NCBI GenBank assembly: GCA_031291905.1
Contig: JARLIC010000137.1
Span: 1-49,761, forward strand
Direction: 5' to 3'
DNA: 49,761 nucleotides
Source: Minisyncoccota bacterium
GTDB taxonomy: Bacteria; Patescibacteriota; Minisyncoccia; UBA6257; 2-01-FULL-56-20
Position 1 is the stretch's first letter; every line of letters begins with the position of its first letter. The translations under genes and the position numbers were made by a program. The notes beneath the pieces were generated by a model. The model ran no database searches, was not told the DNA's origin, and saw nothing but the letters and a program-made list of their open reading frames with translations. Below are positions 1-8,482 of the stretch, one piece after another.

Positions 1-9
1 AAGACTCCG

Positions 10-1350
10 GTGATGTCCGGAACGCAGACGTGGGACACGACCCCCTTGCTCGACGGCTCCGGCAACGACACGCGGGCGAGCACCACCGCCATTCCGTACT
101 CGATCAATTCGATGGAGTATTCCGCCCGGGTCACGGCCCTGGCAGGGTTGGGGTCCTACCATTGGCTCAATGTCAACATCACCGCATCGGACGACCTGGT
201 CGACGCCTACGCCCGCAAGATCCGCGACGGGCTGCCGGCCGGGCAGCACAAGATCCTCGTTGAACTGGGCAACGAGATTTGGAACACCGGCTTCCCGTTC
301 GCTGGCCCGATCCAGGGGTTCGGCCGGCTGTTGGGCTACTACAACGCGTGGGCGAACGACTGGTGGGTGATTCGCGGCAAGCAGGTCACGGACCGGGTTC
401 GGGCGATCTTCAACGACCAGGGGCGAGGCGCGGAAGTCCTGCACTGCGTGGCCTATCAGGCGTCCGCCCTCGGCGACGCCCTGACGCGGTGCCGGGCGCG
501 CGGCGTGGACGTGGACGTGGTGTCGTCGGCCTGCTACATCGACCCCGGCCAGACCCCGGCCCACGTCGCCGCCTTCAACCTTTCCGACAATGAGCAGTGC
601 GGCGACGCCTGGATCTTCGACCTGGAGTTCTACAAAGGGGGGGCGGGCGGCAGACTGCGAGCCGACGCCGCCGCACTGGCGACGCACCGCAGTCTCACGG
701 GCAATCGCAAGATCGAGTTGATCTGCTACGAGGGCGGCCTCACCACGGTGATGCCCGGCACGGCCAATGGGATCACCGACCCATCCGTGTACTATTACGG
801 CGGTGAGAAGCAGCGGGACATCGCCTACAACCCTAACTGGTGGAACGTCGACCAGGACTTCTATCCGGTGATGAAGAAGATCGGCGACGTGGACGGCGTC
901 GCCCTCTTCAATCACTGCCAAACGCCGTACCCGGTCAACGTAGGCACGGGGAGGACCGACGCCATGTGGGGCGTCACGGACTGGCACGGTCAGCCATACG
1001 GCCGGGGCGACGGCAGCGACGGCAAGGCCGACAACCGACTCTGTCTCGCACAGCCCGGCAACGCCAACTCGAAAAGCCCGCTCGTCAACCAGGACGAAAC
1101 GAACGTCTCCGTCCGGCTCCAGTCGGTTATCGACCACAACATCGGGTTCTACAATCCGCCGTCGCCCGTGGTGAACACGGACGTCCCTCGGCGATTTCCG
1201 ACGCGAATCATGCGGCGACAGAGACAGAACGTCGTCCCGATCCAATCGCGAACGCCGCTGGTCTCGGCCGTCGTTCCGCCGCCCGTGCCGCCAGCCTCGG
1301 TTCCGGTGCAGGGGAGACGCGTCGTCGTCTTCAGGATGTCGGTCAACTGA
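10..1350 (+). CDS. Glycoside-hydrolase-like protein, probably the 3' part of a larger gene (possible virion-associated depolymerase)
   Basis: VELGNEIWN (NE acid/base-like) and ICYEGG (nucleophile-like) motifs resemble clan-A GH folds. The frame is open to the window edge and a terminator follows. Confidence 0.5.
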   Translation: MMSGTQTWDTTPLLDGSGNDTRASTTAIPYSINSMEYSARVTALAGLGSYHWLNVNITASDDLVDAYARKIRDGLPAGQHKILVELGNEIWNTGFPFAGPIQGFGRLLGYYNAWANDWWVIRGKQVTDRVRAIFNDQGRGAEVLHCVAYQASALGDALTRCRARGVDVDVVSSACYIDPGQTPAHVAAFNLSDNEQCGDAWIFDLEFYKGGAGGRLRADAAALATHRSLTGNRKIELICYEGGLTTVMPGTANGITDPSVYYYGGEKQRDIAYNPNWWNVDQDFYPVMKKIGDVDGVALFNHCQTPYPVNVGTGRTDAMWGVTDWHGQPYGRGDGSDGKADNRLCLAQPGNANSKSPLVNQDETNVSVRLQSVIDHNIGFYNPPSPVVNTDVPRRFPTRIMRRQRQNVVPIQSRTPLVSAVVPPPVPPASVPVQGRRVVVFRMSVN

Positions 1351-1359
1351 GCCACCAAC

Positions 1360-1386
1360 GCCCCGCCCCAAAAGGCGGGGCTTTTT
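1360..1386 (+). terminator. Rho-independent terminator
   Basis: GCCCCGCC-ccaaaa-GGCGGGGC followed by TTTTT. Confidence 0.85.
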
Positions 1387-1400
1387 GCTTGCTTTTTCTC

Positions 1401-1429
1401 TTGCTTTCTTGCTTTCGCTGAGTTATGAT
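1401..1429 (+). promoter_or_regulatory. Sigma70-type promoter
   Basis: TTGCTT-17 bp-TATGAT immediately after the terminator. Confidence 0.7.
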
Positions 1430-1462
1430 TTCGGTGTCGAATGGAACACAAAAACCCCAGGG

Positions 1463-1993
1463 ATGCTAATCATGGAAACCGCGTCAGAAGTCAAATTGCA
1501 CGTCCGGTGGATGATCAAAGCGGATCTTGCGAGCGTCCTCGGAATCGAATCCAAAAGCTTCGACCGCCCTTGGTGCGAGGAGGATTTCTGCGACAGGCTT
1601 AGGTTCCGCAACGCCATCGGCATGGTCGTCGATCGAAACGGGACTGTCTGCGGCTACATGATCTATATGTTGGATCGCGGCAAGATCGTCGTTGAAAAGC
1701 TTGCCGTTCATCCTGATTTCCGACGCCAGAACGTTGGCAAGAAGATGGTCGACAAGTTGAAGTCGAAGCTCAACGAGAACCGGCGGCGGAAACTGGAGCT
1801 TTTGGTCCGCGAAACGAGCGTCGGGGCTCAGCTCTTCTTTAAAGAGATGGGATTTCGAGCCATCGAAGTGATTCGCGGGCATTTTGAGGACGAGGGCGTG
1901 GACGCTTACCTCATGTGCCACGAACTCGCGGATACGTTTTCCGCCGCGCCAGATGGGGAGATGCCGAGAAATCGAATCCGGATCTACCTGTAG
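1463..1993 (+). CDS. rimI: RimI-like GNAT N-acetyltransferase
   Basis: HVRWMIKADL..IE..SF..PW.EEDF, AVHPDFRRQNVG (acetyl-CoA motif A), VRETSVGAQLFFKEMGF, DAYLM. Start is 1463 or 1472. Confidence 0.85.
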   Translation: MLIMETASEVKLHVRWMIKADLASVLGIESKSFDRPWCEEDFCDRLRFRNAIGMVVDRNGTVCGYMIYMLDRGKIVVEKLAVHPDFRRQNVGKKMVDKLKSKLNENRRRKLELLVRETSVGAQLFFKEMGFRAIEVIRGHFEDEGVDAYLMCHELADTFSAAPDGEMPRNRIRIYL

Positions 1994-2007
1994 AGGTCGA
2001 CGCAACC

Positions 2008-2148
2008 ATGAAACGCACCTTGAGACGGACCACGCTGAGATTGATTTGCATCGCGGCTATGGGTTGCGAGATCGTCATCGCCGCAATGCCGACGTTGGCG
2101 GGATGTGGGTTGGCTTACTTATTTGCGAGAATGTTTACCGGGAGGTGA
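2008..2148 (+). CDS. Small hydrophobic/membrane protein
   Basis: ATG 2008 after GAGG; two hydrophobic stretches. Confidence 0.5.
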   Translation: MKRTLRRTTLRLICIAAMGCEIVIAAMPTLAGCGLAYLFARMFTGR

Positions 2149-2153
2149 TCTGA

Positions 2154-2354
2154 ATGAGCGAGAATCATGAAACCTGTCCAAATCCGAAGTGCAAGTCGGC
2201 CGATCTTTCGATCGCCAAAAGCATGCAGACCACGCAAAAACGCGTGCTTTGCCGAGGCTGCTTGATGACGGGGCCGATGTCGACCGACGAAGTCGAAGCG
2301 TGGGAAGCATGGGACGCGTTGCCGCGCGAATCGAAGGAGGCCGCCCGTGGGTGA
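2154..2354 (+). CDS. Lar-like (restriction alleviation) zinc-finger protein
   Basis: CPNPKC...CRGC..GP......A.EAWD; GGAGG RBS. Confidence 0.6.
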   Translation: MSENHETCPNPKCKSADLSIAKSMQTTQKRVLCRGCLMTGPMSTDEVEAWEAWDALPRESKEAARG

Positions 2355-2709
2355 TGCGAAGCTGGAGCAGATCCAAGAAGGCCTTGGTGAGCTGCTGATG
2401 GCTTGCTCAGGAAAGGGCTGGGTCAAGTCGTGCCGTTTTATCATGGCCGCCCGCGAACTCATCGAGCGCCAGGCCGCCGAGCTGAAGGAGAAGGCCGCCA
2501 TCATCGAGCGGCTGACGCCCAAGCCGATGGACTTAGCCGAAGCGGCGAGGCTGCTCCGAATCAATGAGCACGAGGGTCGCGTCGACTGGGGCGTGGACTC
2601 GGGCATGATGTCCGTTCACAGCTTCGGGGGCGGTTTTATTATCAAAACAAGGTTCGCAATTGCGATCGCCCGAGAATACGAACGCGAGAAGGAGGCCGCC
2701 CGTGGCTGA
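2347..2709 (+). CDS. Modular hypothetical protein (ERL-joint family, H-type C-module)
   Basis: GTG start coupled to the upstream stop; IERLTPK joint; DLAEAARLL..HEG..W..AIAIAREY. Confidence 0.8.
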   Translation: MGDAKLEQIQEGLGELLMACSGKGWVKSCRFIMAARELIERQAAELKEKAAIIERLTPKPMDLAEAARLLRINEHEGRVDWGVDSGMMSVHSFGGGFIIKTRFAIAIAREYEREKEAARG

Positions 2710-3067
2710 CGCAGCTGACTACCCGCTTGAGCTTGGCTATATCGCTGGAGCAATGCGGCGCAAGATAGGTTGGCCTGGCGAAGCCGGAATCCTCGTTGAA
2801 GCCGCCAATCACATCAAGACACTCACAGCCGACAACGGCCGCCTCGCAGCCGAGGTCGAGCGGCTGAAGCGAAAGATGACTCGGGACGAGGCGATCGAGA
2901 TTCTCAACAGTCACGAGTACCAGGGCTTTACTCAGTGGGAGAACACGCACCTCCTGGGAGGCGAAGCGGTCGAGTTCGAGCTGTTCGCCGTCGCCCACTG
3001 GCTCGAAATCACAAAAGGAGCCGGCCCGATCCCGCCGCCGATCGAGAAGGAGGCCGTCCGTGGTTGA
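2702..3067 (+). CDS. Modular hypothetical protein (ERL-joint family)
   Basis: N-module IAGAMRRKIGWP shared with 32960; VERLKRK joint; AGPIPPPIEKEAVRG tail. Confidence 0.8.
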   Translation: MADAADYPLELGYIAGAMRRKIGWPGEAGILVEAANHIKTLTADNGRLAAEVERLKRKMTRDEAIEILNSHEYQGFTQWENTHLLGGEAVEFELFAVAHWLEITKGAGPIPPPIEKEAVRG

Positions 3068-3434
3068 CGCGAAAGAGATTGTCGCAGGGCTCCGAAACAT
3101 CGTCTCCGATTACAACTGCGGAGACAAAGTAATTACCACGGACAAGGCGAGGGTGATCCGCGACGCCGCATTTGAGGTCGAGCGGCTGACGCTGCGGTGG
3201 TCGAGCGAGCCGCCGAAGGTGATGGGCACATTCTGGGTGCGGTTCTCCAACCCAGAATTTCGCTCGATTCGAGGTCCGTGGACGATGACGGCGGATTCCG
3301 AATATCTCGCCCTCGCGATCGACGACGAGATCCCGAGCAACTGCGAGTTCGCCGGCCCGATCGCGGCGCCGCTGGAGCCGGACGCGGCGGCATTACGTGA
3401 GGCTGAAGGACTGAAGGAGGGCGAACGTGGCTGA
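3060..3434 (+). CDS. Modular hypothetical protein (ERL-joint family, different C-module)
   Basis: VERLT joint; WSSEPP...EFAGPIAAPLEPDA tail. Confidence 0.8.
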   Translation: MVDAKEIVAGLRNIVSDYNCGDKVITTDKARVIRDAAFEVERLTLRWSSEPPKVMGTFWVRFSNPEFRSIRGPWTMTADSEYLALAIDDEIPSNCEFAGPIAAPLEPDAAALREAEGLKEGERG

Positions 3435-3828
3435 TGACGCGAAGACACTGGCGGACCTGAAGAAAATCAGGTCCGAAATGGGCTACGACTCGTGGGGCGA
3501 AAGCTGGGACGGAACCATGGCCGATGCCATAGCCCTCATTAAACGTCAAGCCGCCGACAACGCCCGCCTCGTCGCCGAGATCGAGCGGCTGACGCCGAAG
3601 GAGATGACGCTGAACGAAGTGGCGAGAGTGCTGACCGTGCATCGCCACCGAGACCTCACATGGCGAGCCTATGGGAGTGGAGTCGAAGGGACCAATAAAT
3701 TCGTACTCGTTAATTTCAACGGCCTTGAAGCCAGGGCTATTGCCAACGAATACGCCCGACGTGACGCCGGCCCGATCGCGGCACCGCTGGAGCCGGACGC
3801 GACGGCAAGCCGGAAAGAGAGTGAGTGA
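3427..3828 (+). CDS. Modular hypothetical protein (ERL-joint family, H-type C-module)
   Basis: ADNARLVAEIERLTPKEM; AGPIAAPLEPDA tail. Confidence 0.8.
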   Translation: MADDAKTLADLKKIRSEMGYDSWGESWDGTMADAIALIKRQAADNARLVAEIERLTPKEMTLNEVARVLTVHRHRDLTWRAYGSGVEGTNKFVLVNFNGLEARAIANEYARRDAGPIAAPLEPDATASRKESE

Positions 3829-4049
3829 TGCTGCTAGTCATCAACATGACGGGGCTCGATCGAACCTACTGGACGCCAGAGTTCGAGCGTCGATCGGACG
3901 GCGATGGCCTCTGGTACGCGACAGCGAAGTGGCTGTGCGTCGAAGTCACGATCCATAGCCGCGAGATGGGCGCGGAGGTGGTGAGGAGATTCAACGCATC
4001 GATAGCGAAGCCGCTGGAGCCGGACGCGGCGGGGAAGGGGGAGAGATGA
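3825..4049 (+). CDS. Hypothetical protein with PLEPDAA tail
   Basis: Coupled start/stop; shares the tail repeat. Confidence 0.7.
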   Translation: MMLLVINMTGLDRTYWTPEFERRSDGDGLWYATAKWLCVEVTIHSREMGAEVVRRFNASIAKPLEPDAAGKGER

Positions 4050-4264
4050 GCACGCCAAAGCGGAAAACGCTGAAGCGTCCCACTGGTGTCAGCGATACAG
4101 CCGAAGCCTACATCCTCTGGGTCGACGTCAAAGGGATGGGCGTGCGACTGAAAGTCCAAGGCGGCATGGGCGTCGGGCTACGCCGCGACAACCCAGCGTT
4201 ACACGAAGTCATCGGGGAAGCGATCTGTCGCGAATTCGATATCGACTTGGAGGCCACATTATGA
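4046..4264 (+). CDS. Hypothetical protein
   Basis: ATGA coupling at both ends. Confidence 0.7.
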   Translation: MSTPKRKTLKRPTGVSDTAEAYILWVDVKGMGVRLKVQGGMGVGLRRDNPALHEVIGEAICREFDIDLEATL

Positions 4265-5178
4265 CGACCGCGAAGCTTAAATCACTCTGCCTGCAACAGC
4301 ACGAGGTGCGGGCGTTGCTGAAGGACGGGCGAGTGACGGTGGTGCGGGCGATGAAGCCGCAACCGCCAGCGTGGGTTGAGAAGATCGTCATCGAAGCGGA
4401 CGCCCCAAGCGGGCGTTGGTCTGGCCAAGGCCGCAACGTCTACGGGCGGGAGATGCATTGGCCAGGAGAGACGTATCTCCGCTGCCCTCTCGGCGAAGTC
4501 GGGGACAAGCTGGCGGTGAAGGAGTCGTTCTGGGTGAAGCACGACACGGACAGCGACGACTACAGAGAATGGGATTGCGGACCATGTCTTGATGTCGGAC
4601 CTGAGTTCCATCCTGGGATTCAGTACCGTGCGAGCCCCGAGGCGAGGAATCCGCCTGAAGGCGTCGCGCCTCATCCCGTCGATGAGCCAGGCGATTGGTG
4701 GGAAGGACCGCCTGATGATTGGGACGGCGAGTCCGACTATCACGGAAAGGGCCAGTGGGAGTTCCTCCCCTGGGGTCTATACAGCAAGTTTTCGCCAGTT
4801 CTGCTGCCGGCTTGGGCCTCCCGCTTCACGGTCGAGGTCGAGGCCGTGCGGGGCAAGCAGGTGCAGTCGATTACCGAGGACGAGGCGAAGGCTTCGGGGC
4901 TTGAGATTCAGATTGGCGACGGCACCGGAAACGGGCCTGGCTACAAGTGGGACGGCCCCGCGTACTGGGATGGGCATTCGATGCATTCGATCCACGGAGG
5001 CAAGACCTACCATGCCACCAGTCCTCGCGGAACTTGCTACTGCCACAACGGCGAAAGGGACGGATTGACGGCCGCGCGATGCGCCTTCAAGCACCGTTGG
5101 GGTAAAGCCAACGGTCCCGACGCATGGGATCGCAACCCCTGGGTATGGCTCGGCGAGATTCGGAGGGTCGAGACGTGA
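4261..5178 (+). CDS. ASCH/PUA-like phage protein
   Basis: VRALLKDGRVTVVR...CPLGEVGDKLAVKES...LPAWASRFTVEV..VR...VQSITEDEAKASG...WDRNPWVW. Confidence 0.7.
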   Translation: MTTAKLKSLCLQQHEVRALLKDGRVTVVRAMKPQPPAWVEKIVIEADAPSGRWSGQGRNVYGREMHWPGETYLRCPLGEVGDKLAVKESFWVKHDTDSDDYREWDCGPCLDVGPEFHPGIQYRASPEARNPPEGVAPHPVDEPGDWWEGPPDDWDGESDYHGKGQWEFLPWGLYSKFSPVLLPAWASRFTVEVEAVRGKQVQSITEDEAKASGLEIQIGDGTGNGPGYKWDGPAYWDGHSMHSIHGGKTYHATSPRGTCYCHNGERDGLTAARCAFKHRWGKANGPDAWDRNPWVWLGEIRRVET

Positions 5179-5345
5179 ATCACTGGTGGGAGCGTTGCAG
5201 GCTTCCCGATCCGGTCTGCATGGTCTGCGGAAAGGATTGCGAGATAACCGAGGTCGTCGACATCGGCGGTGAGAAAGAGCTTTGGTGTTACTGCCCGAAG
5301 TGCGACGCCGAGACCTTTCATCCATTGATAAAGTCGACCGACTAA
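5175..5345 (+). CDS. Small zinc-ribbon protein
   Basis: GTG 5175 overlapping the upstream stop; CMVC...CPKC. Confidence 0.65.
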   Translation: MNHWWERCRLPDPVCMVCGKDCEITEVVDIGGEKELWCYCPKCDAETFHPLIKSTD

Positions 5346-5449
5346 TCGCGGGAGTTAGGCATGACGCTGCTTACCATCATCCCCGTCGCCAGAGGTCCGG
5401 TGCGGCGGGGCGTGCGGCAGTGGCTCGGCGAGATGCGGAGGTTTGAAGG

Positions 5450-5722
5450 ATGAAAACTCTTGAACTGCGTCCTGTGTACGTCGAATTCGTTCCAGACGAT
5501 CCAACCGAAGGCGTGCTCTACATCTCAGAGGAATACCAAACGGCGATTCACAAATGCCCGTGCGGATGCGGGAGCGAAGTCGTGACGCCGCTGTCCGGCG
5601 AGCATGCGTGGCAGCTTACCGGATCGGCCGACGCTGTCACGCTGAGGCCGTCTGTCGGCAATTGGAACTGCCTGTGTCAGTCCCACTACTACGTCACGGC
5701 GAACAAAGTGGAGTGGCTTTAA
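5450..5722 (+). CDS. DUF6527-like protein
   Basis: AIHKCPCGCG..VVTPL...W.L...TLRPSVGNW...CQSHYYV...VEW. Confidence 0.7.
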   Translation: MKTLELRPVYVEFVPDDPTEGVLYISEEYQTAIHKCPCGCGSEVVTPLSGEHAWQLTGSADAVTLRPSVGNWNCLCQSHYYVTANKVEWL

Positions 5723-5738
5723 TCGAGGGGGTTGCGGG

Positions 5739-5948
5739 ATGAGCTGGGAAGCGTGGGGAGATCCGCCGGACTGCTACTGCGAGATGTGCGGCTGCGAATG
5801 CGGGTCGTGCATCTGCGAGGAATGCCCCGTTTGCGGCAAAGTGGGCGATCCGAAGTGCTACAAAGAGCATGGCCTCGTGGAGACGGAGGAGCAAATCCAA
5901 TCGCGGATTCGCAATAGCCCAGATGATAGTTTCGACTATTGCGACTGA
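5739..5948 (+). CDS. Cys-rich hypothetical protein
   Basis: Multiple CxxC; ATG after GGGG RBS. Confidence 0.6.
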   Translation: MSWEAWGDPPDCYCEMCGCECGSCICEECPVCGKVGDPKCYKEHGLVETEEQIQSRIRNSPDDSFDYCD

Positions 5949-6024
5949 CAGCCGCGTCACGGCGGGGCGACGGTCGTATTCAGGGCGTTCCCCGTCGCCA
6001 GAGGTCCAGTGCGGCGGGGCGTGC

Positions 6025-6338
6025 GGCTTACCGAGTGGGAGGGAGATTGAAGATGGGAGACAAGCCATCACTGACACAAAAGATAAAGAAGCATATTAGA
6101 TGCTTTTCGGAGAACATGATTTTGAATACCAAACCTATAACACGGATCATAATAGCAATTGGTCCACGAAGTTCCACTATCGGATGTGCAAGACATGTAA
6201 ACGTTGTTGGGCACAAAAAGATAGTCCAATATACGAAACGATCACCGAGTGGATACGTTGCAAAGGCTGGGGCGAATGGCCCGCCGACTAGTCGGCATGC
6301 CATGAGGCTTACCGAGTGGGAAGGAGATTGAAGATATG
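6025..6338 (+). repeat. ~30-bp direct repeat containing an RBS, flanking the 6053 gene
   Basis: GGCTTACCGAGTGGGARGGAGATTGAAGAT at 6025 and 6306. Confidence 0.85.
6053..6291 (+). pseudogene. Probably frameshifted small Zn-binding protein
   Basis: Strong RBS and ATG at 6053 (MGDKPSLTQKIKKHIRCF). One extra T in the T4 run at 6104-6107 would give RCFFGEHDFEY...CKTCKRC, continuing into ORF 6100..6291. Confidence 0.5.
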
Positions 6339-6939
6339 AGCGAAACCAAGACCATTTCCGAAGGCGACTTGGTTCGCCGGCACGATGACAGCCAGGTCAT
6401 GCGAGTGGAGGAACTGGGCGGCGGCAAGAACGCTCGCAAGGCTTGTTGCCTTTATCGAGCGACATCCGGATTCCACCGAGGGCTTGATTGCTGGGAGTGG
6501 ATTCCCATCGGCGATCTAGTCTTGGCCGAGCCCGACACAACCCTCGCCGACGAGGTGGCAAGCGTGCTCGCGCAGCTCGACGATCTAGTTGGGTGGAGCG
6601 ATCTTGGTGCGTACAGGCGTTGTCGCGACCGGCTGCGTGCGGCTCTCAAGAAGGCAAAGGGGGAGCGAGATGGCTGACACCGAAGACCGCATCGCAGAGG
6701 CGTATGAACAGGGCCTTGAGGATGGCTACGCTGGCGTTGCACCCGAGGCAAAACGATCGCCTCGCAAGCACCACGACCAGATCCAAGCCAGGCTGCAAAT
6801 CGCGGCCGAACAGATCCGCCGCGCCCTGGAGCTGGACAGTTCGCTGCACAGGGCTCCACACAGCCTGCTGGATGTCGAATACGCGATCCGGCGGGTTCAT
6901 GAGGCACTGTGGAATGAGAAGGATGGGAGTGATGGCTGA
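6336..6939 (+). CDS. Two coupled hypothetical proteins (6336..6677; 6670..6939)
   Basis: RBS and overlapping start/stop. Confidence 0.7.
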
Positions 6940-7011
6940 GCAAACAAAACGGCAGCGACAACGATTTCGTGTGGACTGATTGCGGCTACGACGACTAGCC
7001 AGGGAGACGAG

Positions 7012-7488
7012 ATGGGATTTCGCAGAACCGCACTAGGGATCATGCACAGCCTGAGAAGTAAGCGTGAGCCTGGAGACGCCAGTGTTTTCGCCGGAGAGAT
7101 GCACTCGCCCAACGACCCGAACATCAAACTCAAGGGCGCCCCGCACTACAACATCCAGGAGATGCTCGCCGCGACCGCAAGCCCCGAGTTCCTCGACGAG
7201 TTTCGCTGGTATCAGGCGAACAGGGTCATTATCAATGCTTTGTGCGTGGGCCGAGCTGTCGCAGGCGTCACCATAGATGAACTCTCGGCCCGCACTAACT
7301 GGTGTTCGGACGACATCGATGATTTCGAGGCCAGTGAAGACGGCGAGATCAACTTGCGGGATCTCAACACCTACGCGAGCGCTCTGGGAATCCAGGTCGA
7401 CATCAGCTTCCGGGCAGCCAACGATCATTCGGACAGCGTCGCGGCGGTGGAAGGGATTAACCGGGCGGTGAACGGAGGCACGCCATGA
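7012..7488 (+). CDS. XRE-type HTH protein (start possibly 7099)
   Basis: GVTIDELSARTNWCSDDIDDFE...INLRDLNTYASALGIQVDISF. Confidence 0.65.
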   Translation: MGFRRTALGIMHSLRSKREPGDASVFAGEMHSPNDPNIKLKGAPHYNIQEMLAATASPEFLDEFRWYQANRVIINALCVGRAVAGVTIDELSARTNWCSDDIDDFEASEDGEINLRDLNTYASALGIQVDISFRAANDHSDSVAAVEGINRAVNGGTP

Positions 7489-8482
7489 GCGATCTACCGG
7501 AAGAACTACAGGAAGCGATCGATGAGGAGCGGTGGGCCTACGCAATCAAAATGGCCACGGATTCTGGCTACGACGTGTACATCACGATCACGCCGACGGA
7601 GGATGGGTCCAAGGGCATAGTGACGCTCGTGGACGAGCACGATTAATGGGGAAGCGATGAGATACGACTTCAAGTGGCGATGGCTGCCCGAAGACCAGCT
7701 CGACGAGGCCCTGGAATGTCCTGACGCGGCGGATCGGGTCGTCGGCGGGTTCATTCGATGGCACCACAAAGAGATTCAGTTCATCTGCGGCGACCTAATC
7801 ACTACATTCCGTGTTCCGTTCGATTGGTTTGAGACGTGCGGCGATGGAATTCGGCCAGACTTCGAGAAACTCGCGTTTGACGACCACGGCGGAACGATCG
7901 CTCTCGGCAAGTACGAGGTCTCAGAAAGCTCGATCCTATACGACTTCGACCCAGAATATCGGCGGCGGCAGGATGAGGCGAAGAAGCCGACCGCATCAAC
8001 ACTTATGCACACGCCCCGCCAGGAAGCAATGGAGGCTGACGAGCAATGACTGACGCTAAGCGACCCGCCCCCAGGCGAATCCTCTGGTTGATAAAGAGTG
8101 GAGATGTTTTCCAGGGCACGGCGTACGGCTGGAACCTGTCGGTCCAGGGAGGGACGAGATGCAACGAGGCTCGGTCGAACTGGTCGGCGACCGCACAGCA
8201 CGAGCCAGAGATCGTGATCGGTGAATTCCGGGATAAGTACAAAGCTTTGGAAGGTGCGGAAGAATGGGCGAAAGCGAACAGGAGGGATGCATGACGATGG
8301 CGACCGAGGATCGGATCAACCTGATCCGCAACCGACTGGTAGAAGCGAGCCTCGATCTGACCGAGTTCCAGGCCAACAACTACGGTGGAGCACCGGGGCT
8401 GGACGCGGTGCAAAACAACATCGAAGACGTGATCGTGGAATTCGAACGGGTCGTGGATGCATTGACCATGGAGGCGGAATGA
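7485..8482 (+). CDS. Run of hypothetical proteins (7485..7646, 7657..8049, 8046..8294, 8291..8482)
   Basis: Tandem ORFs with GGAG RBS and mostly ATGA overlaps. Confidence 0.7.

Larger units (their letters stand above)
2333..4032 (+). repeat. Three families of short dispersed direct repeats at gene and module joints
   Basis: GAAGGAGGCCGYCCGTGG at 2333, 2688, 3046 (variant 3413); TCGAGCGGCTGA-core at ~2504, 2856, 3178, 3581; GCCGGCCCGATCGCGGCRCCGCTGGAGCCGGACGCG at 3351 and 3766 (partial at 3020 and 4010). Confidence 0.9.
5380..6027 (+). repeat. 39-bp hairpin-containing direct repeat (5380-5418, 5989-6027)
   Basis: TCCCCGTCGCCAGAGGTCCRGTGCGGCGGGGCGTGCGGC, one mismatch; stem CCCCGTCGC/GCGGCGGGG. 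Confidence 0.9.

Noticed and set aside
2333-4032. CRISPR array or diversity-generating retroelement
   Set aside because: Repeats are hundreds of bp apart and lie within coding sequence; there is no cas or reverse transcriptase gene in the window and no adenine-specific TR/VR pair.
5340-5420. Integron attC site (GTTAGGC at 5354)
   Set aside because: No proper inverse core or L boxes at suitable spacing, and the integrase does not look like IntI.
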